DNA from: Camelus ferus
Taxonomy: Eukaryota
DNA length: 64,000 nucleotides
NCBI RefSeq assembly: GCF_009834535.1
Contig: NC_045697.1
Coordinates: 96,102,001 to 96,166,000 of the forward strand
Reading direction: 5' to 3'
The translations under genes were made by a program, and so were the position numbers. Within the stretch, counting starts at the first letter, position 1. Each line of letters starts with the position of its first letter. The notes beneath the pieces were generated by a model that was not told where the DNA came from, did no database searches, and was given only the letters and a program-made list of their open reading frames with translations. Shown one piece after another: positions 39,621-54,200 of the stretch.

Positions 39621-42549
39621 TACTTCGTAAGTATAAAACAGAAAGCTCTCAATGTTCTCATTGCATTTATATCACTCAAGATAAGCTAGGCTTTGATAAA
39701 TTAGCATACAAATCTAAAATTTCATTTAATTATCATAATAAAGGTTTATCTTTTGTCCACATTAAATATCCAAAACAGCTCTATGGGAAACTGTCATCAT
39801 AGTCATGCAGGGACTTAAGACTAAGAGGAGTTATTTTAATACATGATCTTCAGCATGTTGAGGTGTTTGCTCCAAAATTAAGAACCAGTTGCTACACCGT
39901 GTACCCTGTAACACAAAAACAAACAAAACAAGAAACAGATGTTGACTGGCCCCATTGGACAGTAAAAGTGACAAAACCAAATTTGCATGTGCTATTTCCT
40001 CTGCCTGGGATCTCCTTCCCCAGATTTAACTGGAGTGAACTGTTCAGCTTTCAATTTTGAATAGGATGCAGAGTTTTTTAAAAAAAAAGGCTCTTATCAG
40101 TTTCAGAATGCAATGTGAGCTCTTCTGCTTCTCTGACCAAACGATCCAGTGTATCCCTATCTGATCCTATTTCAAGTTTCTCTGGAAGATAAGAAAACTT
40201 TATGAAATATCTGCCAATTACTGGTAGGAATATCACAGCACAGACTCTTAGGGCTTTAGAGAAGATTCTTGTTCTCTTCTCGAGAAAAGACATTCTCTTT
40301 TTTAAAAACAGAAATCAATTTACCACTGAGCCCTTATGGAGACTGAATGCTTTACAAGACCCATGAACCTCAGTTACCTATCATAATATGGACATAATCC
40401 CTACTTTACACTAAATTTGTGGTATGTAGCAGGACTCTCTTTTTGATAAGAAGTTGAATTCTCAATCGTTCTGAAGGAACAAGTAGTTGCTTAAATAAGT
40501 GGTGAAGAATCCACTGAACCTACTCCTGCTTCAATGCTCCCCATTTTTTTTCAATATTTTCTATGATCTCATAGAAAGCTCTCTCTTTGCAGCTTAATAG
40601 AAAAAATTGTATGTTTGTGTATATTAACCAATTTTCCCCCTCTGCCTTCATCCTACCCTTTTACTTAAAATTTATCTGCATATATTTAACTTTGTATTTT
40701 AGTATTTAGAAGAGATATCAAAGGGATAGTGAGACTGAGTTTAGTAAGGTAAAACACTCCAGATATGGATAAAGAGATTTATGGAATTATGTACTCATAA
40801 TTTTAGAGACAGTAAGCATATTGTTTATTGTACTATAAATGAGTTGATAGTATTAGGTAGAGGAATGACAGGGTTGTTGATGTTTAATAGCTTTAATACA
40901 GATAAATGTTTGTATGGGGTCACAAAGGGTATGGCCATGCTAACATAAAATGTTGACAGTTCAACATCATTTCTGTCACCTACCTGCTTTACTATATCAT
41001 GTGAGACAAGCTTGAAAATGCATTTCCCCAAATTCCTTTCCAATATGTTCCCAAAATAGAAACTGACAGTGCAAATTTAGAAGATGGAAGAGAAGGAACT
41101 CTCATTCTCTAGCAATATATAGACACAGCCAGTTGAAATCTTAGGCTGTGGCTTCCAGAAGTTTTGAGATTAATCCATTGTGGTGATGCAAACATATGGG
41201 ATCATTTTGGTAGTTTCCCTGCAATTCTTACAAAATATCTTTTGCCAAAAAAGAATTAAGATGAATGCTGATTTATATAAAATTAGTTGGATAGTGATTA
41301 TTGAAAAATCAGAAATGGAAATATCGTATCATATGAATAGTTAACTTCTATGTTCAGATAAGTGGAAATAAATAATTTTCACTCTATTACCAAAACTGAC
41401 TAAAAACAAGAAATATTTTACTCTTAAAAACACAATCGTGTAGTCTGACTAAAATCAAATTTCATCTAATGTTTGTAAACATAATAACACAATTAACAAA
41501 TCTGTTAATTAGGCTAAAGTCTATATTATTATCACTCAAGATAATCATCTGTAAAGTAATTAAAATCCCATAGATTCACTAGAACAGACAAAAAATCAAA
41601 ATAAGAGTGGTTTGGCTCTGGGTACAGCTAAATAGGGAATTTATGGAGAGTGTAATACTAATATATTTGTGAAGTTTATGAACACTGTCTCTAATAGAAA
41701 TACTGTGGTAATTTTTCAAAATATTTCCAAAACATTAATCAATAATTTATATTAGTTAAAATGTAACACAAACTAATGCATTTGAAGAGCCTATTCCTTT
41801 TTATTGACACTTTTTATTTACTAGTATTGTGTATAAAAATATTAATTTATACACCAACTGATATGCATGCATATGTCTGGGTCTATATTTATATTTACTG
41901 TGTATACTCATCAAGAAAAAGAAAATCTGTCATTTATGTTGGGATATTTGGAATTTTTTTCTTTTTTTATCTTAATTTAAAGCAAGACACTTAAATTTTT
42001 ATTTAATAAATGAAATATTTAAGACATAAAAATATACAACATGTCAGATTATTAAACATATTTACTAAGAAACGTAACTAAATAAAATTGGTGAAAATAC
42101 ATAAAGATGAAGCCATGAAATCTGTAAATACACTATTTTGAAACAATGAAAATTGACCGTATCTTAGTAACAACAAGAATATCAGTGTAATTTTAAAAGA
42201 AGACATGTTGTAGACATAATCCTGAATATGTGGAATTAAAAGTATAGATAAAATATAAAACTAGTACAAAAAGAAATTCCATTATGCCTAAATTTTGGCC
42301 TCCTTGATGGAGATGGTATGCTTGGGAAAATGATTCACAAACTCAGTAGAAGTGAACAATTTAAAAGTTGCTGGAGAAGTTAAAAACTACTAGTGTCTGC
42401 TAGGGAAGCACTCTATAGCTGATGTTCTGAAGCAAAAGGAAATAAAAAAATTTTGTTTGAATAACAAGGGGAAGCTCTCAAAAACCAATGGAACTGTCAA
42501 CCTGTTTAGATGGTATTATTCGTGATGAGACATCTTTATGAGAATTGAA

Positions 42550-43720
42550 GGTTTCTAGTTCCAAGTGTAAGAAGCTTGAAAATCTCCACTCCAGCTTAAC
42601 TGCTCATTGAAGAACTGAACAGACTGAAAAACAAACAACTGTTTTTCAATGCAAAAGAGAGGGAAGGAAACAGGGAATACTGCTGTTCCCAAGATTAGAG
42701 AGATGGATAGGTGAGTATAGGGAGTGTCCGCTTATTACGAGGAGAAACTTTTGAGTAGAAAGTACCATGGAGCCAGTGCCTGGGTAGGACAACCTGAACT
42801 AGAATTGACAAATTGCTGGAGGCTCGGAGTGAACAATCTAAGAGATAAAAACTCCATGGGGACCTGGTCATGGGGGGAGACATGCAATATTGTGAGATTT
42901 ACATTTGGCAGCTCAACTAGATTACCACAGTAAATACTGGAGACAAATCTTCCAGGGCTTCCTCCAAGGGGAGAGGGGATGGAACCATTTTTAAATACAG
43001 AGCACTCTGTCCCTCTAGCAAGGCCTGCCGTCACGTAAAACTAGTTATCCAGAGCCCAAACTGCTGGGGTTATTATCAGAGCCTAAGTGACCTGTGGGAG
43101 GAAAATAACCAACTCTAGCTGGTCTAGCCTCCAACATAGTAGAAGAAAAATACCCAAGTCCAACCCACTGTAGTCATCCCATCCCAGCTAAACAAGGAGA
43201 AAAAAATGGAGAAAAATTTATGAAGTTCACAGTCCAGAGACAGTTCACTGAACAGAAGACTGAGATCTAATAACAGGGTTAGAAAATGCTTCCCTGCATC
43301 CACATCTCATCACCACATACTTAAAGGCCTATTTACAGTAGTTCCTTTTACCTGGTACATCATGTTCAGCTATTAAGAAAAAATTTACAATGCATACAAA
43401 AACCAAAAAATACAATGTGAAGAGACAGCAAGCAACAGAAATGGCAGAGATGTTGAAATTATCAGACTAAGAATTTAAAACAACTATGATTAATACAATG
43501 AGTTCTAGTGGGTAAAGTAGATAGAGTGCAAGAACAGATAAACAATGAAACCAGAGAGATGGAAATCCTAAGGAGGAAAAAAAGTGCTAGAGGTAGAAAA
43601 CACTGACAAAAGCAAAGAACTCCATTGATGGGCTTATTAGTAAACTGAACACTGCTGAGGAAAGAATCTCTGAGTCAGAGAAAAATATACTAATAGAATC
43701 TCGAAAAATCACAAAGCAAT
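42550..43720 (+). mobile_element. Old L1 (L1MC/L1MD-like) 5' UTR + ORF1 N-terminus
   Basis: 'gaaatggcagagatgttgaaattatcagactaagaatttaaaacaactatgattaata...gctgaggaaagaatctctgag' is ORF1 coiled-coil-type sequence. Collinear with 47430-48675. Confidence 0.75.
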
Positions 43721-43739
43721 AAGAAGAGAGTAGAAATTA

Positions 43740-44710
43740 AATAAATGTAATATGATGTATAACCATTAATTATAAATTGGATAATCTCATTGAAACACAA
43801 AATCTGGCAAGGGGGTTGGGGGAAATCCTTGCAAGTTAATCATAAAAAGGAGAAACAGAAATAATAGAACAGTCTTAGAATAAATTATACTTTCAGGATT
43901 TTCCTATAAAAAAGCAAAAGAATGATCCTTTCACAGGTAAATTAGTTCAAAATATTTAAAGTATAAAAATTTCAGTGTCATTAAATTAGTTCAGATTTTA
44001 TAGACTTCAAATTGATTTTATGAATCCACTGTAGAGTAAAAAATGACAAAGTTAATACATGGTTACAATTGTTATCAATTTCATTAAAAATATCAATAAA
44101 TAAATATTAAATAAAATGTTAAAATAAATACTAAATTAAAATTAAAAGTCTAGAAAGAAAATCCAGAATGTTTTTGAAAGAAAAATACCTTATAACCAAT
44201 AAGGATTTAAGGCGTGCCAAGAATTTTCATTAATAAAAATGCAATAAATATACTTGTCTATATAAATATTTGGATGTGGAAAACTATATAATTATGTCAA
44301 AAGAAATTTGTAAGGTATCTTGATATTTTACTATTAATTTCTAATTACTGAATTACTGTAGCATAAAAGTGAATGAGTAATCTTTCTTGGCATTATCCAC
44401 CTATCCCTCTATCATCTTTGTATAAATTTTCTCATTACTGTCGGCATTGAGTTTAACAAAATGACAAGATGCCTGAGTTTCAGGAACAAAAATTAGATAC
44501 CTATTTCAAACTTTATTATTTAATACTTTTAGAGAATGTTGGAATATCCTCTAGAAATTATTAGAACCATAAGGAAAGTTTAAGGAAGTGCTGATTAACA
44601 TTTAATTATTCAATTTATCACTGATATAATTATTGGTTTAATATATAACTAAAGAAAATTATGTTCACTATAATTATCAAAATCATTTAAAAAAAATCTA
44701 AGAATAATGA
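43740..44710 (+). mobile_element. Ancient L1ME-like ORF2 fragment
   Basis: A-rich, highly decayed ORF2 signatures ('cacaggtaaattagttcaaaatatttaaag', 'gattttatgaatcca', 'ttcaggaacaaaaattagatacc'). Confidence 0.5.
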
Positions 44711-44717
44711 TCATATC

Positions 44718-44862
44718 TACTACTCAACTCTGCCCACTGTAGCATGAAGGAAGCTGCGGACAGCATATAAAGAGCAGAAGTGACTAAGTTCCAATAAAAT
44801 TTTATTTACAAAAATTTATGGTAGGTAGATTTGAGTCATAAACTTCCACTTGTTATATCCTG
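44718..44862 (-). mobile_element. MER58A (hAT-Charlie) fragment
   Basis: 'ctactcaactctgcccactgtagcatgaaggaagctgcggaca...gttccaataaaattttatttacaaaaa' matches the reverse complement of the MER58A 5' half. Confidence 0.8.
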
Positions 44863-44879
44863 ATATACAAACTGAAGGG

Positions 44880-46330
44880 AATTCCAATCAAAATTTCAGC
44901 ACACCTTATTTTAAGAAACAGAAACATTTAAAAATTCTTACTGAAGTGCTAAAAACCTAGATTTGCCATAACAACTTTGAAAAGAAGAGAAAACTTGGAA
45001 GACTTATACTACCTAACCTCAAGATTTATTATAAAAATGTATTAAACAAGGGAGTGTAGTATTAGTGTCAAGATAGAAAAATAGATTAATGGAACAGAAA
45101 AGACAGTCCAGAAATACACCCACATATAAAGGGTCAATTGATTTTTGCTAAACATGCAAAGTCATTTCAGTGGACAAAAGGATATTCTTTCAAATAAATA
45201 GTGCTTCATGATTTGGATGAAAATATAAAGATAAATAAACTTTAATCTGCCTTATAAGATGTTCACAAATAAAATCAAACTGATTATAAACTAAAATGTA
45301 AAACCTAACTTCATAAAATTTCTAGAATATAACATAGTAAGAAAATCTCTGTGAAGTTAGAATAGGCAAAAATTTCTCAGCTACAACTCCAAAGCATGAT
45401 CTATCAAAGAAAAATATGATAAATTGAACCACATAACAAATAAGAACTTCTCCCTGACAAACACTATTGAGAGAATGAAATAATAAGTGATAGACTGGTA
45501 AATACATTTACAGATCAAATATCTGATAAATAAAAAATAAAATATGTATCCAGCTCTCAAAGAACTCTCAATAATAATGATACAACAACCCAAATAAAAA
45601 TGTTTGCAAAGGATATGCACTAATAATGCACCAAGGAATAAGCGCAGTTGGCAAATAAGAAATCTATGAATGCTTAACATTATTATTATAAAAATGCAAA
45701 TTAAATTCACATTGAAAAACATTAAAATCCTATTAAAGTGTCTAAATTAAAAAAAGATTGATAATATCAAGTGCTGATGAGGCTGTGGAGCAACTGCAAC
45801 TATCACCACCTGTAGGCTGAACTTTGAAAAGGAATAATCACTTTGAAAAACAGTTTAGCAGTTTCTTAAATAGATAAATATTCCTCTACCACATGACCTA
45901 GCTATTCTACTATTCTTCCCTTTATCTAAGAGAAATAAAAGTTAATGTCCATATTCAGATTTGTAAACAAATGTTCATAATAGCTTTATTTGTAATAGCC
46001 CCAAACTAGAAACAACACAACTGTCTACTGATAGGTGAATGTACTTTCTAATATTAAAATAAAATGCTACTCAGCAAAAACAACAGAAAATAATTAACTA
46101 CTGATATATGAGTGAACATGGATAAATTGTAAAATTATACTGATGAAATAAACAAGAAAAAATTACATACTGTATAATTTCTTTTATACAAATTTCCAGA
46201 AAATACAAGCTAACCTATAGAGTAGATCAATGGTTTCCAGTAGATTGATGAGGTAATTAGGGGTAAGAGACAGGATTACAATGGGCCATGAGAAATACTT
46301 GGAATTGTTGGATATGTTTATTATCTTGAT
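44880..46330 (+). mobile_element. L1MC-type ORF2 3' part and 3' UTR
   Basis: 'aattccaatcaaaat...gacttatactacctaacctcaagatttattataaa...atggaacagaaaagacagtccagaaata', 'aatgttcataatagctttatttgtaatagccccaaactagaaacaac' and 'ggatatgtttattatcttgat'. Confidence 0.85.
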
Positions 46331-46607
46331 TAATAATAACAATAATAAAAATAAATAATAAAATAAAAATAAAAATCTACACAGGCCTTCCTAAACTAGC
46401 ACCAATCTAAAACTCATGAAAAATGAGATTGAGAAATTTGAATTCATAAAATTAAGACTTTGATGGTTCTCATATTTCTCCCGCGAAAGCTCTATAGATG
46501 AAGACACCCTGGAAGCATTTTCAAGCATTGGAGAAGAAGATTTAGCCAGAATCCCTTACATGCTTTGACTTCTATGACTGAAGCCTCTGGAAATGTTGAT
46601 GAATACG

Positions 46608-46616
<9 letters not shown>

Positions 46617-46643
<27 letters not shown>
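46617..46643 (+). repeat. (AC)13 microsatellite
   Basis: Perfect dinucleotide run. Confidence 0.95.
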
Positions 46644-46829
46644 GATTTACTTCAAAACCAAAAGCTAAATTTAAAACAATTTATGTACTTCATTGTAGCT
46701 AATTTAGTTGGTATGAAAGAGAATTTAAAAATTGATAATAAAATGTGAAAATATCAAACACTGTTAAAGGACATAAATGAGAAGAGCTCAGGAAGTTAAT
46801 ATAAATGACCTATAAATGTACACATGTGG

Positions 46830-48675
46830 CTTCAGCTTTAAAATATAAAGAGCCTGGAAGTCATCACTCAATGTTACAACAAATTTAAACTTGAACAAAT
46901 GAAAAGTCAATGATTTTTCTTAGATCCATCAAAGTTTTGAGGTCACAGGCAAAATCCTACTGCAAAATCTGGAGAAAATGTGCATACTGAGGATCACAGC
47001 TGAGATGATCAATGCCTGAGTCAGAAGTGGCTGGAGCCATTAGCTGATAGGAACACTTAAATAGTAATTTAATGACTTGTTGGAGGCTGAATGTGGACTA
47101 TTTTGAGAATAAGAAACTCCTGGTCCAGTCTCAAGGTTCCTCCAACACTTTTGTGGCTTTTTACCTCCATGAATCCCACCAGATTCTCATACTGAAGGTC
47201 TAAGAAATCTCCCCTCACATTTCCATGAAGAAGAGGGCAAACATAATTATTTTGAAGTATTCTTGGAATATTCTCCATAACAAATGCCAACACTGCTAGG
47301 GAAACTACTTTATCAGAAGCTTACCTGAATTGATAGAAGAAGAATTAACCAATTCCTATCCCTTCTAGCATGGCTGTCTTACCTAAGAGGATGGGAAAAA
47401 GTTAAAACAATTATTTTTTTCTGTTGGTTTTCAGTCCAGCATATGAGGAACTTAAAGGTCATCACTCCCATTCATACAAAGGAAAAGCTGAACAAACTGA
47501 AAATCAACTTTCTAATATCCATCAGGGAATGGAGGTCACAGTGCAAACCACTGCTTCCTCCTAATTTGAGAGAACCGGCAGATACCGGGAATGACAATTT
47601 ACCAGAGCAGAATTCCAGGACAAATCTCCTTGGGAACCAGTAGGGGTAGCAATATCTAATGTGTAATTGATGAATTGTTGGAGGTCCAGTGTGAATAAGT
47701 CTGAGAGGTAAAAACTCTATGGAGCATCCAGTCTTAGGGGAGTCTCTCATATTTTTGTGAATTTCACCTCTAAGAGCCCTACCAAGTTCTTACAGTGAAG
47801 AGCAGAGAAAAATACCCTCTTGCTCTCAGCACAGGAAGGAGGAAAGAATTCATTTCAAAATAAGCCTACAACACTTTTTTCTTTTTCTTAACCAGGACTT
47901 CCATCAAGAGAAACTTCATTTTAATCAGAGCTCAACCAACTGGGATTTTTTCAGAGCCTAAGCAGCCTATAAGAAGGGTAATACACAACTCCAGCCCCAT
48001 CTAGCCTTCCTGTCTCATCCAGGTTGGGGGAGTAGGGGTAGAGTGGGGTGGATAAGTACTTCTGAAGGTCACAGCCCAGGGGCACAGGACCACTAAGAGA
48101 CTAAACCTAACCATAGGATTATAGTATGCTTTCCCTCCCCCACATCTTACCTGCACATCAACAATGCTCCTGTATAATCACAGGGAGATACAACTGAAAG
48201 AACTGATTTGAGAAGAAATCTCTAGGGAAACCCAAATATGACAGAGGAGACAAAAATAAGGACACAACAGGAAATTTTAGCCTCTGACAGCTACAGATAC
48301 GGCAAATGATAAAAACAGCTAACCTCTAGTCAGATAAACACAAACTTCACAATAAAGGCCTATATACCTTAGTTTCTTTCAACCAATATGTCACATGCAG
48401 CTTTCAACAAAAATTTAAAAGGCTCACTAAAAGAAAAGAAGGCACTTTTTGAAGAGACAGAGCAAGCATCATAACTCAAATACAGATAACGACAGAAATG
48501 TTGGAATTATCAGACCAGGAATAAAAAATAACTATTATTAATATCTAAGAACTCTAACGGAAAAAGTAGACCCCACTGCAAGAAAAGATGGGTAATGTGA
48601 GCAGAGAGGAGACACTAAGAAAGAATCAAAAGGAAATGTCCTAAGTCAAAAAAACAGCAACAGAAATGAAAAACT
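46830..48675 (+). mobile_element. Old L1 5' UTR (two ~600-bp related units) + ORF1 N-terminus
   Basis: Units at ~46830 and ~47430 share ordered motifs. 'gaaatgttggaattatcagaccagga...gggtaatgtgagcagagag' is ORF1-like. Confidence 0.75.
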
Positions 48676-50705
48676 GTAAGTATTACTTCAGTTACTTGAC
48701 TAACAAGTTTTGTTTAAAGTCTTCTGTGTGGAAGTTTGATCTGAGAATTTAATATTTATTCTACACATCACTTTTATTTTGGTGTCAAATTAAAATTAAG
48801 AAGTATATAGGGATTTCAATTTTCTTTCACTTTGTTTGCAAGTTTTAAAGTTGCTACTTAACATTCTAACATAAAATAGTATAAAATTAACACAAATTTT
48901 AGGACTTTCTTCCCTTCATACATAAATACATATTTTTTCTATGTCAAGTGCTAATAGTTTGCTTTGGCTCTAATTTTGAATCAAAGACTTTATCTGGCTT
49001 TGTAACTACAAGGAAAATGTCTCCATGCCAAAGTTGTGATCAACTTTATAGATGCAGGGGAATTATGGAAATGCATCATGCAAAATGCCTACTTGCCAAA
49101 ATTATTCCATGACCTTGTGCTTAGGCTGAGTTTTAAATAATTCAGCGATGTGTCGAATGAATAAATTTGTATTGCTTGTTACTCTAAACAGTCATGCATT
49201 CACTTTTCCTTGCCATTTTTAATAATCCCTAGTTTTCTAATATTCATGAAATACTGCATTTCAATTAAATTACATAGGTTTTGAGAAAATAGTTTGCCCT
49301 AAGCTGTTTAGTGTTGACACCAACTGTCATTTGCTTTTTCTTTGGTATAATGCCCAAGGAAGCTTTGAGTACAACTAATGCAAAAGTACTGTCACTCTTT
49401 AATGAGATAACTTTTGATCATGTATAACACAATGCTGTCTGAGGAACAGAATAATAAACTCAAACAATACTTTGTTTATGAGGGATATGATATATCAAAA
49501 TATGCAAAGATATTCAAAATAAACTTTTGCTACTTTAGTGGAAATTATAAGTGTGTACTGTCCTAACTTCCTTGTATTCCAAACATATGTATGCAAACAC
49601 ATGATATTTTCTCAAACTTTTCCTTTGTCTCTCTCTCACAGTATCTGTTTTCAGGTACATAAATAAATGGACAAGGTAAACGAGTGGATTTTGGGATTAT
49701 GAGATTAATTTAGCTTTTAAAATCTATAAACTTTCATGCAACTTTTATCTCTTACTAACAAGTTGAATCTGCCCTGTATTTCATGACATTAATGCCGCAA
49801 ATAGTTTTGATGTTCTCTGGTTATTTCTTACTGAATCAAGACATTAGTTCTGAAAAAAAGACATTCTATAAACTAGAAATAGCAGCAATAATAATTTTGG
49901 TTACTAGGGCTAGTGCTTTTAACCTATTATCCTATTTTAATTATATTACACATACTTAATAACTGGGTTTATTTTGATAGCATATTTTTAGTCAATTTTT
50001 GTCATAATGAAACTATAATCACCACCCCCTTAAATAAATGCATTACAAAATTGAAATATATGATGCTTTACCCTTGGAATAGTATGAATTAACAGTATCT
50101 ACATATTAATAAGTACTTTCTAGTTGCCTTTTAAAATTTTTTCATATGTTCTATATGATACCATTGGGTTGATAGCTTTGGATCATTTCACATTAAAATT
50201 ATTGGTATTTTCATAACAAAACATCCCTTTCAGGTATCCTCTCATTCACCTAAGCTCTCTTCTTCTATAAAGGCAGGTGGTTTCAGGCAGCTGGGATTTG
50301 ATGCCACAAAAGAATTTCAAATCTACTCCATTACAGAGGGCTTAGAAAAAGACACAGTCAGAATCTGCCACCGGAATTTCAGAAAGCATTTTCATTCCTA
50401 CAAAAAGCAAGGAAAAATAACCCTATTCACTTGTTCTCTTGAATTCACTTGATCTGCACTGTGGAATCCATGAAAAATAGGGTAACTTCAGATAGCCCAA
50501 ACTACCAACTATCACTCATTTTCTTTTGTGTAGATGATTAATAGATGAACGTACAATAGTATAGCCAAATATAGTGCAAAATAGTAATTATAAAATTGTT
50601 TGTTTTTTTTTTCAGGGAGGTTTTTAAAGATTATCTCATTAACTTAGCCATTTTCCTCAGCATCTATGCAAAAAAACAAACAAACAAAAAACATCTCCAG
50701 CCACA

Positions 50706-51269
50706 TAAATAGGCAGAATTCTAAGGTGGCCTCTGGGATTTCTCTCTTCTGGGGTACTTTGTTCTGCATAATTTCCTCTTCTTGACTATGAAACAGCCTA
50801 TGAATATAATGGGATAGAAGTTCCTTTGATTATTACCATTTATGGCAAAAATGATGGTATAATCATCCTCTTCATTATATCACAAAGACTCCTGTCTATT
50901 ATATAGGAGAGGAGAGAGATTCCTGTCTTTAAAGAAGTAATCTACCTGCCATGTAGTAAGACAGTCAAGTAGCTAGGGTCTAGATGCTGAGAGCAGTTCT
51001 CAGCAGGCAGAAAAAAAATATGGACACTTTATTCCTACAATTGCAGAGAAATGATTTTGCCAAAAACTAAATGAGCTTGAGGAACACAAACATTAGATGA
51101 GATCACAGCCCAAGCCATCACTTTGATGTACTTCTTGTAGGATTTTGAGCAAAGGACACAGGAAATCCATGCCCAGTTTCCCTACCTTTCAGAAATAGTG
51201 AGATAAATGTGTGTTGTTTTAAGTGCTGTGTTTGTAGTGATTTGTTATTCTGTAATAGAAAAACATACA
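50706..51269 (+). mobile_element. MLT1E-type ERVL-MaLR solo LTR
   Basis: Starts 'taggcagaattctaaggtggcc'. Ends 'gtgagataaatgtgtgttgttttaag...tttgtagtgatttgttattctgtaatagaaaaacataca'. Confidence 0.85.
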
Positions 51270-54200
51270 GCATATAAGGATTAAAAATTTGAACAGATAT
51301 AAAAATCATTATAAAATCTTTCAGAGTATTTTTCTATGTATGTATGTATATGCTTAAATAAATATGCATATACACAAACTTATACAAATGTACACACACC
51401 CACACACACACCACAAATATGTACCTCTAAATGATACGGGGGGATATATAGCTCTAAATGAGTGAAAGTTTAAAATTGATCAGTATTATGTATATCTTGT
51501 TCAAAGTTAAGGCAGAATGGCTTCAAAAGAAAATAAGAATTGTGTACATTTACCTGGTAAGGATAATTATATGCTTATATATGTCAGGGCTGTGTGTGAG
51601 CATGTTTCTTTGTGTACTTCTGGACTTACACAAGACTGTCTTGTAAGTTTTCAAAACCAAATAAGCATCAATAGCCCTTTCTAGGGAGCGTAAACTGAAA
51701 CCTATTCCACAACTAATCATATGTTCATACTGAAAGCACTGTGCTCTATCTAGAATAATGATCTATTTCAAAATACAGTTAAGCACAGTGGTTACATACT
51801 TTATTCATTAATTACACTTATAAATGGCAGTTGATTAATATGCTAATATCTTACTAACATTTGTGGATTAAACACCAAGGAGAAACCTTGGCAAATGAAT
51901 GTATTTGTGTTGCATAAATATATTTTGTTAAATATACTTATTTGTTTGAAACAGAGCTTTCTTCACTTGTTATAAGGAGCAATAATGTCCAAAATAAATC
52001 AGTAATATAAAATACTTCAACTAATACTCAAGTTTAATATTCATTTCATTTCACAGAACTATGGTTTTGGCCAGAATTATCACAAATTAAAAGCTGTTAT
52101 TTTATGTAGATACAGATTATGAACACAGAATATGCTTGAATATTATCTTATTATAAAATTAGTAATCAGGTTTATATCCTGGATACATATGTTTTATATT
52201 TTATATTTTATATTTTAATTATTCAGTAATTTAAGCCAAATGTTGGAAGTTCAATTTTGATTTATCTATGTCAAATCTCTCTTTACATACAATAATACCA
52301 AACAATAATTAAATGACATTGGTTGATGAAATAATTTTAAAACAACATAAGATTTTTCTATTCATGCATATTTTACCATCAATAATGAATGATCATTTGC
52401 ACTTTCTTACAATTTACCCTGCACTTGACTTTAAAATTTTTAGGTCTAAAAGTAAAAGCTAATTTACTTTTAAATATCTAGGATAATCACACTGAAATGT
52501 GAATTGTATTATGCCATCATTGTCTTTTTTAAAATATTTTCTTTTAAATAATTAATTTTAATTAATTATCTTTTCTCTCTTTCTTTAAAAATTATTAGAT
52601 AGCAAGGGGCTAACCTAGAATAGCAAAGTGTGGAGCAACATAACATTTAATTTTCAAGTAAGAAATTTAACCTAAAGTAACAAATAAGAGATAGTTTAAT
52701 AAAAATGGCCTTAATGGGCTTTGAATTTCTAATCTGTCCAAAGAACATTTTTTTAATGAATCAGAGAATAATACAAAATGTACTATAGAGACTAAATGAC
52801 CCTTCTGACTATATTAACTTCCTACTTAGCCTTTATTTGAGATAGCCTAGTGTATTTTTTTCCTATGTTTAAAATACTGATCATCATTCAGTTTTCTAGA
52901 GTTTTGAAAGTGTTTAGCTAAGCTTATATTCTTTCTGAGGTTACAGAATTAATGTTTGAAACAGAAATCAACACAGTTTGGGAACACTAAGATATAATCT
53001 GTTGGATCATAATTTAAGAAAAGAATACTCGCCAAAATTCAAATGCATAAACAGAATTCAGAAAGTAAAGAATACTCAGAGCTCAATTTATCTAAGAATA
53101 CACTGTTTCAGGATATTAAGTGTATAATTTGCTTTGATGGTTTTTAAAGCTACCTCTATTATAAGCCACAAATTCTTCAGCATAAAAATCAATACAAATG
53201 ACCATTAAGAAAGAGAAGACATAAAAATACTACTTTACAATTACAATTAAATTCAACCTATAAAATAATCTCCCCAGTTTAAAATTAAAATTTTAATGTT
53301 TAATGAAGAAAAAGATATCAGTTTTAATATTTACTCTTATGACAAAAGTTATTGTGAAATTTGACTTTAGATTCAAACTTTATGTGATTTTTTATTGTAT
53401 ATGTAAGTAATTAATATATTTATTATTCAAAATAAAATAAAATGCAGTTTATCTAAGTAAAAAAGGATTTCTTTAACTCTGAGGAACTAAAGTTTAAAAA
53501 GTCATTGTTTGAAGTTCATTATCTGATCACAATACTTCAGTTCTAAGAAGGAAATTTTAGGTACACTTGTTAAGACAGACAATATTGAATAATTTAGGAT
53601 GGCGCTTGCACTCTTGAGTCTTATTGGGTAAATACTATTTCTGACTGAGTTTTTGGATTCTTCATAATCTTCCTAAAGAACAGACCCAATTAGATCCTCA
53701 AATAGCATTAAGCTTCTTTCTACCTGAGGACCTTCACAAAAATACCATGCTATTATGGGACTCTATTATCCTGCTTCTTTTTCCTTACTAGACTTATCCA
53801 TCAAGATTTCCCGAAGTATTCATTTGTATCTCCCAAGGATTATCTAGACCTCTATATTACATGCTCCCTGAACAACATGTGGTTACCCTTGGTAGCATTT
53901 ATCAAACATATTTTAATAATTTTTATTATAATAGACAATTTCTATAATGTTTTCAATGTAACTCCCATGATAGCAGGAACTTCTTTTATCTTTTTTAGCT
54001 CTGCATCTATCACTAAACACTCATTACCTACCACTGATTTTGGTCAGAATTATTTGACTGCAGTTGTTTGAATATAATTGTTTTTGATCAATTATGAATA
54101 GCTTTGTTTCTAAATCATATTAACAGACTTATGACAATATATCTTTAAAAAAATAATCATTTTCAATTAATTTTAGCTTAACTGAATCAGGTTGTATTGC

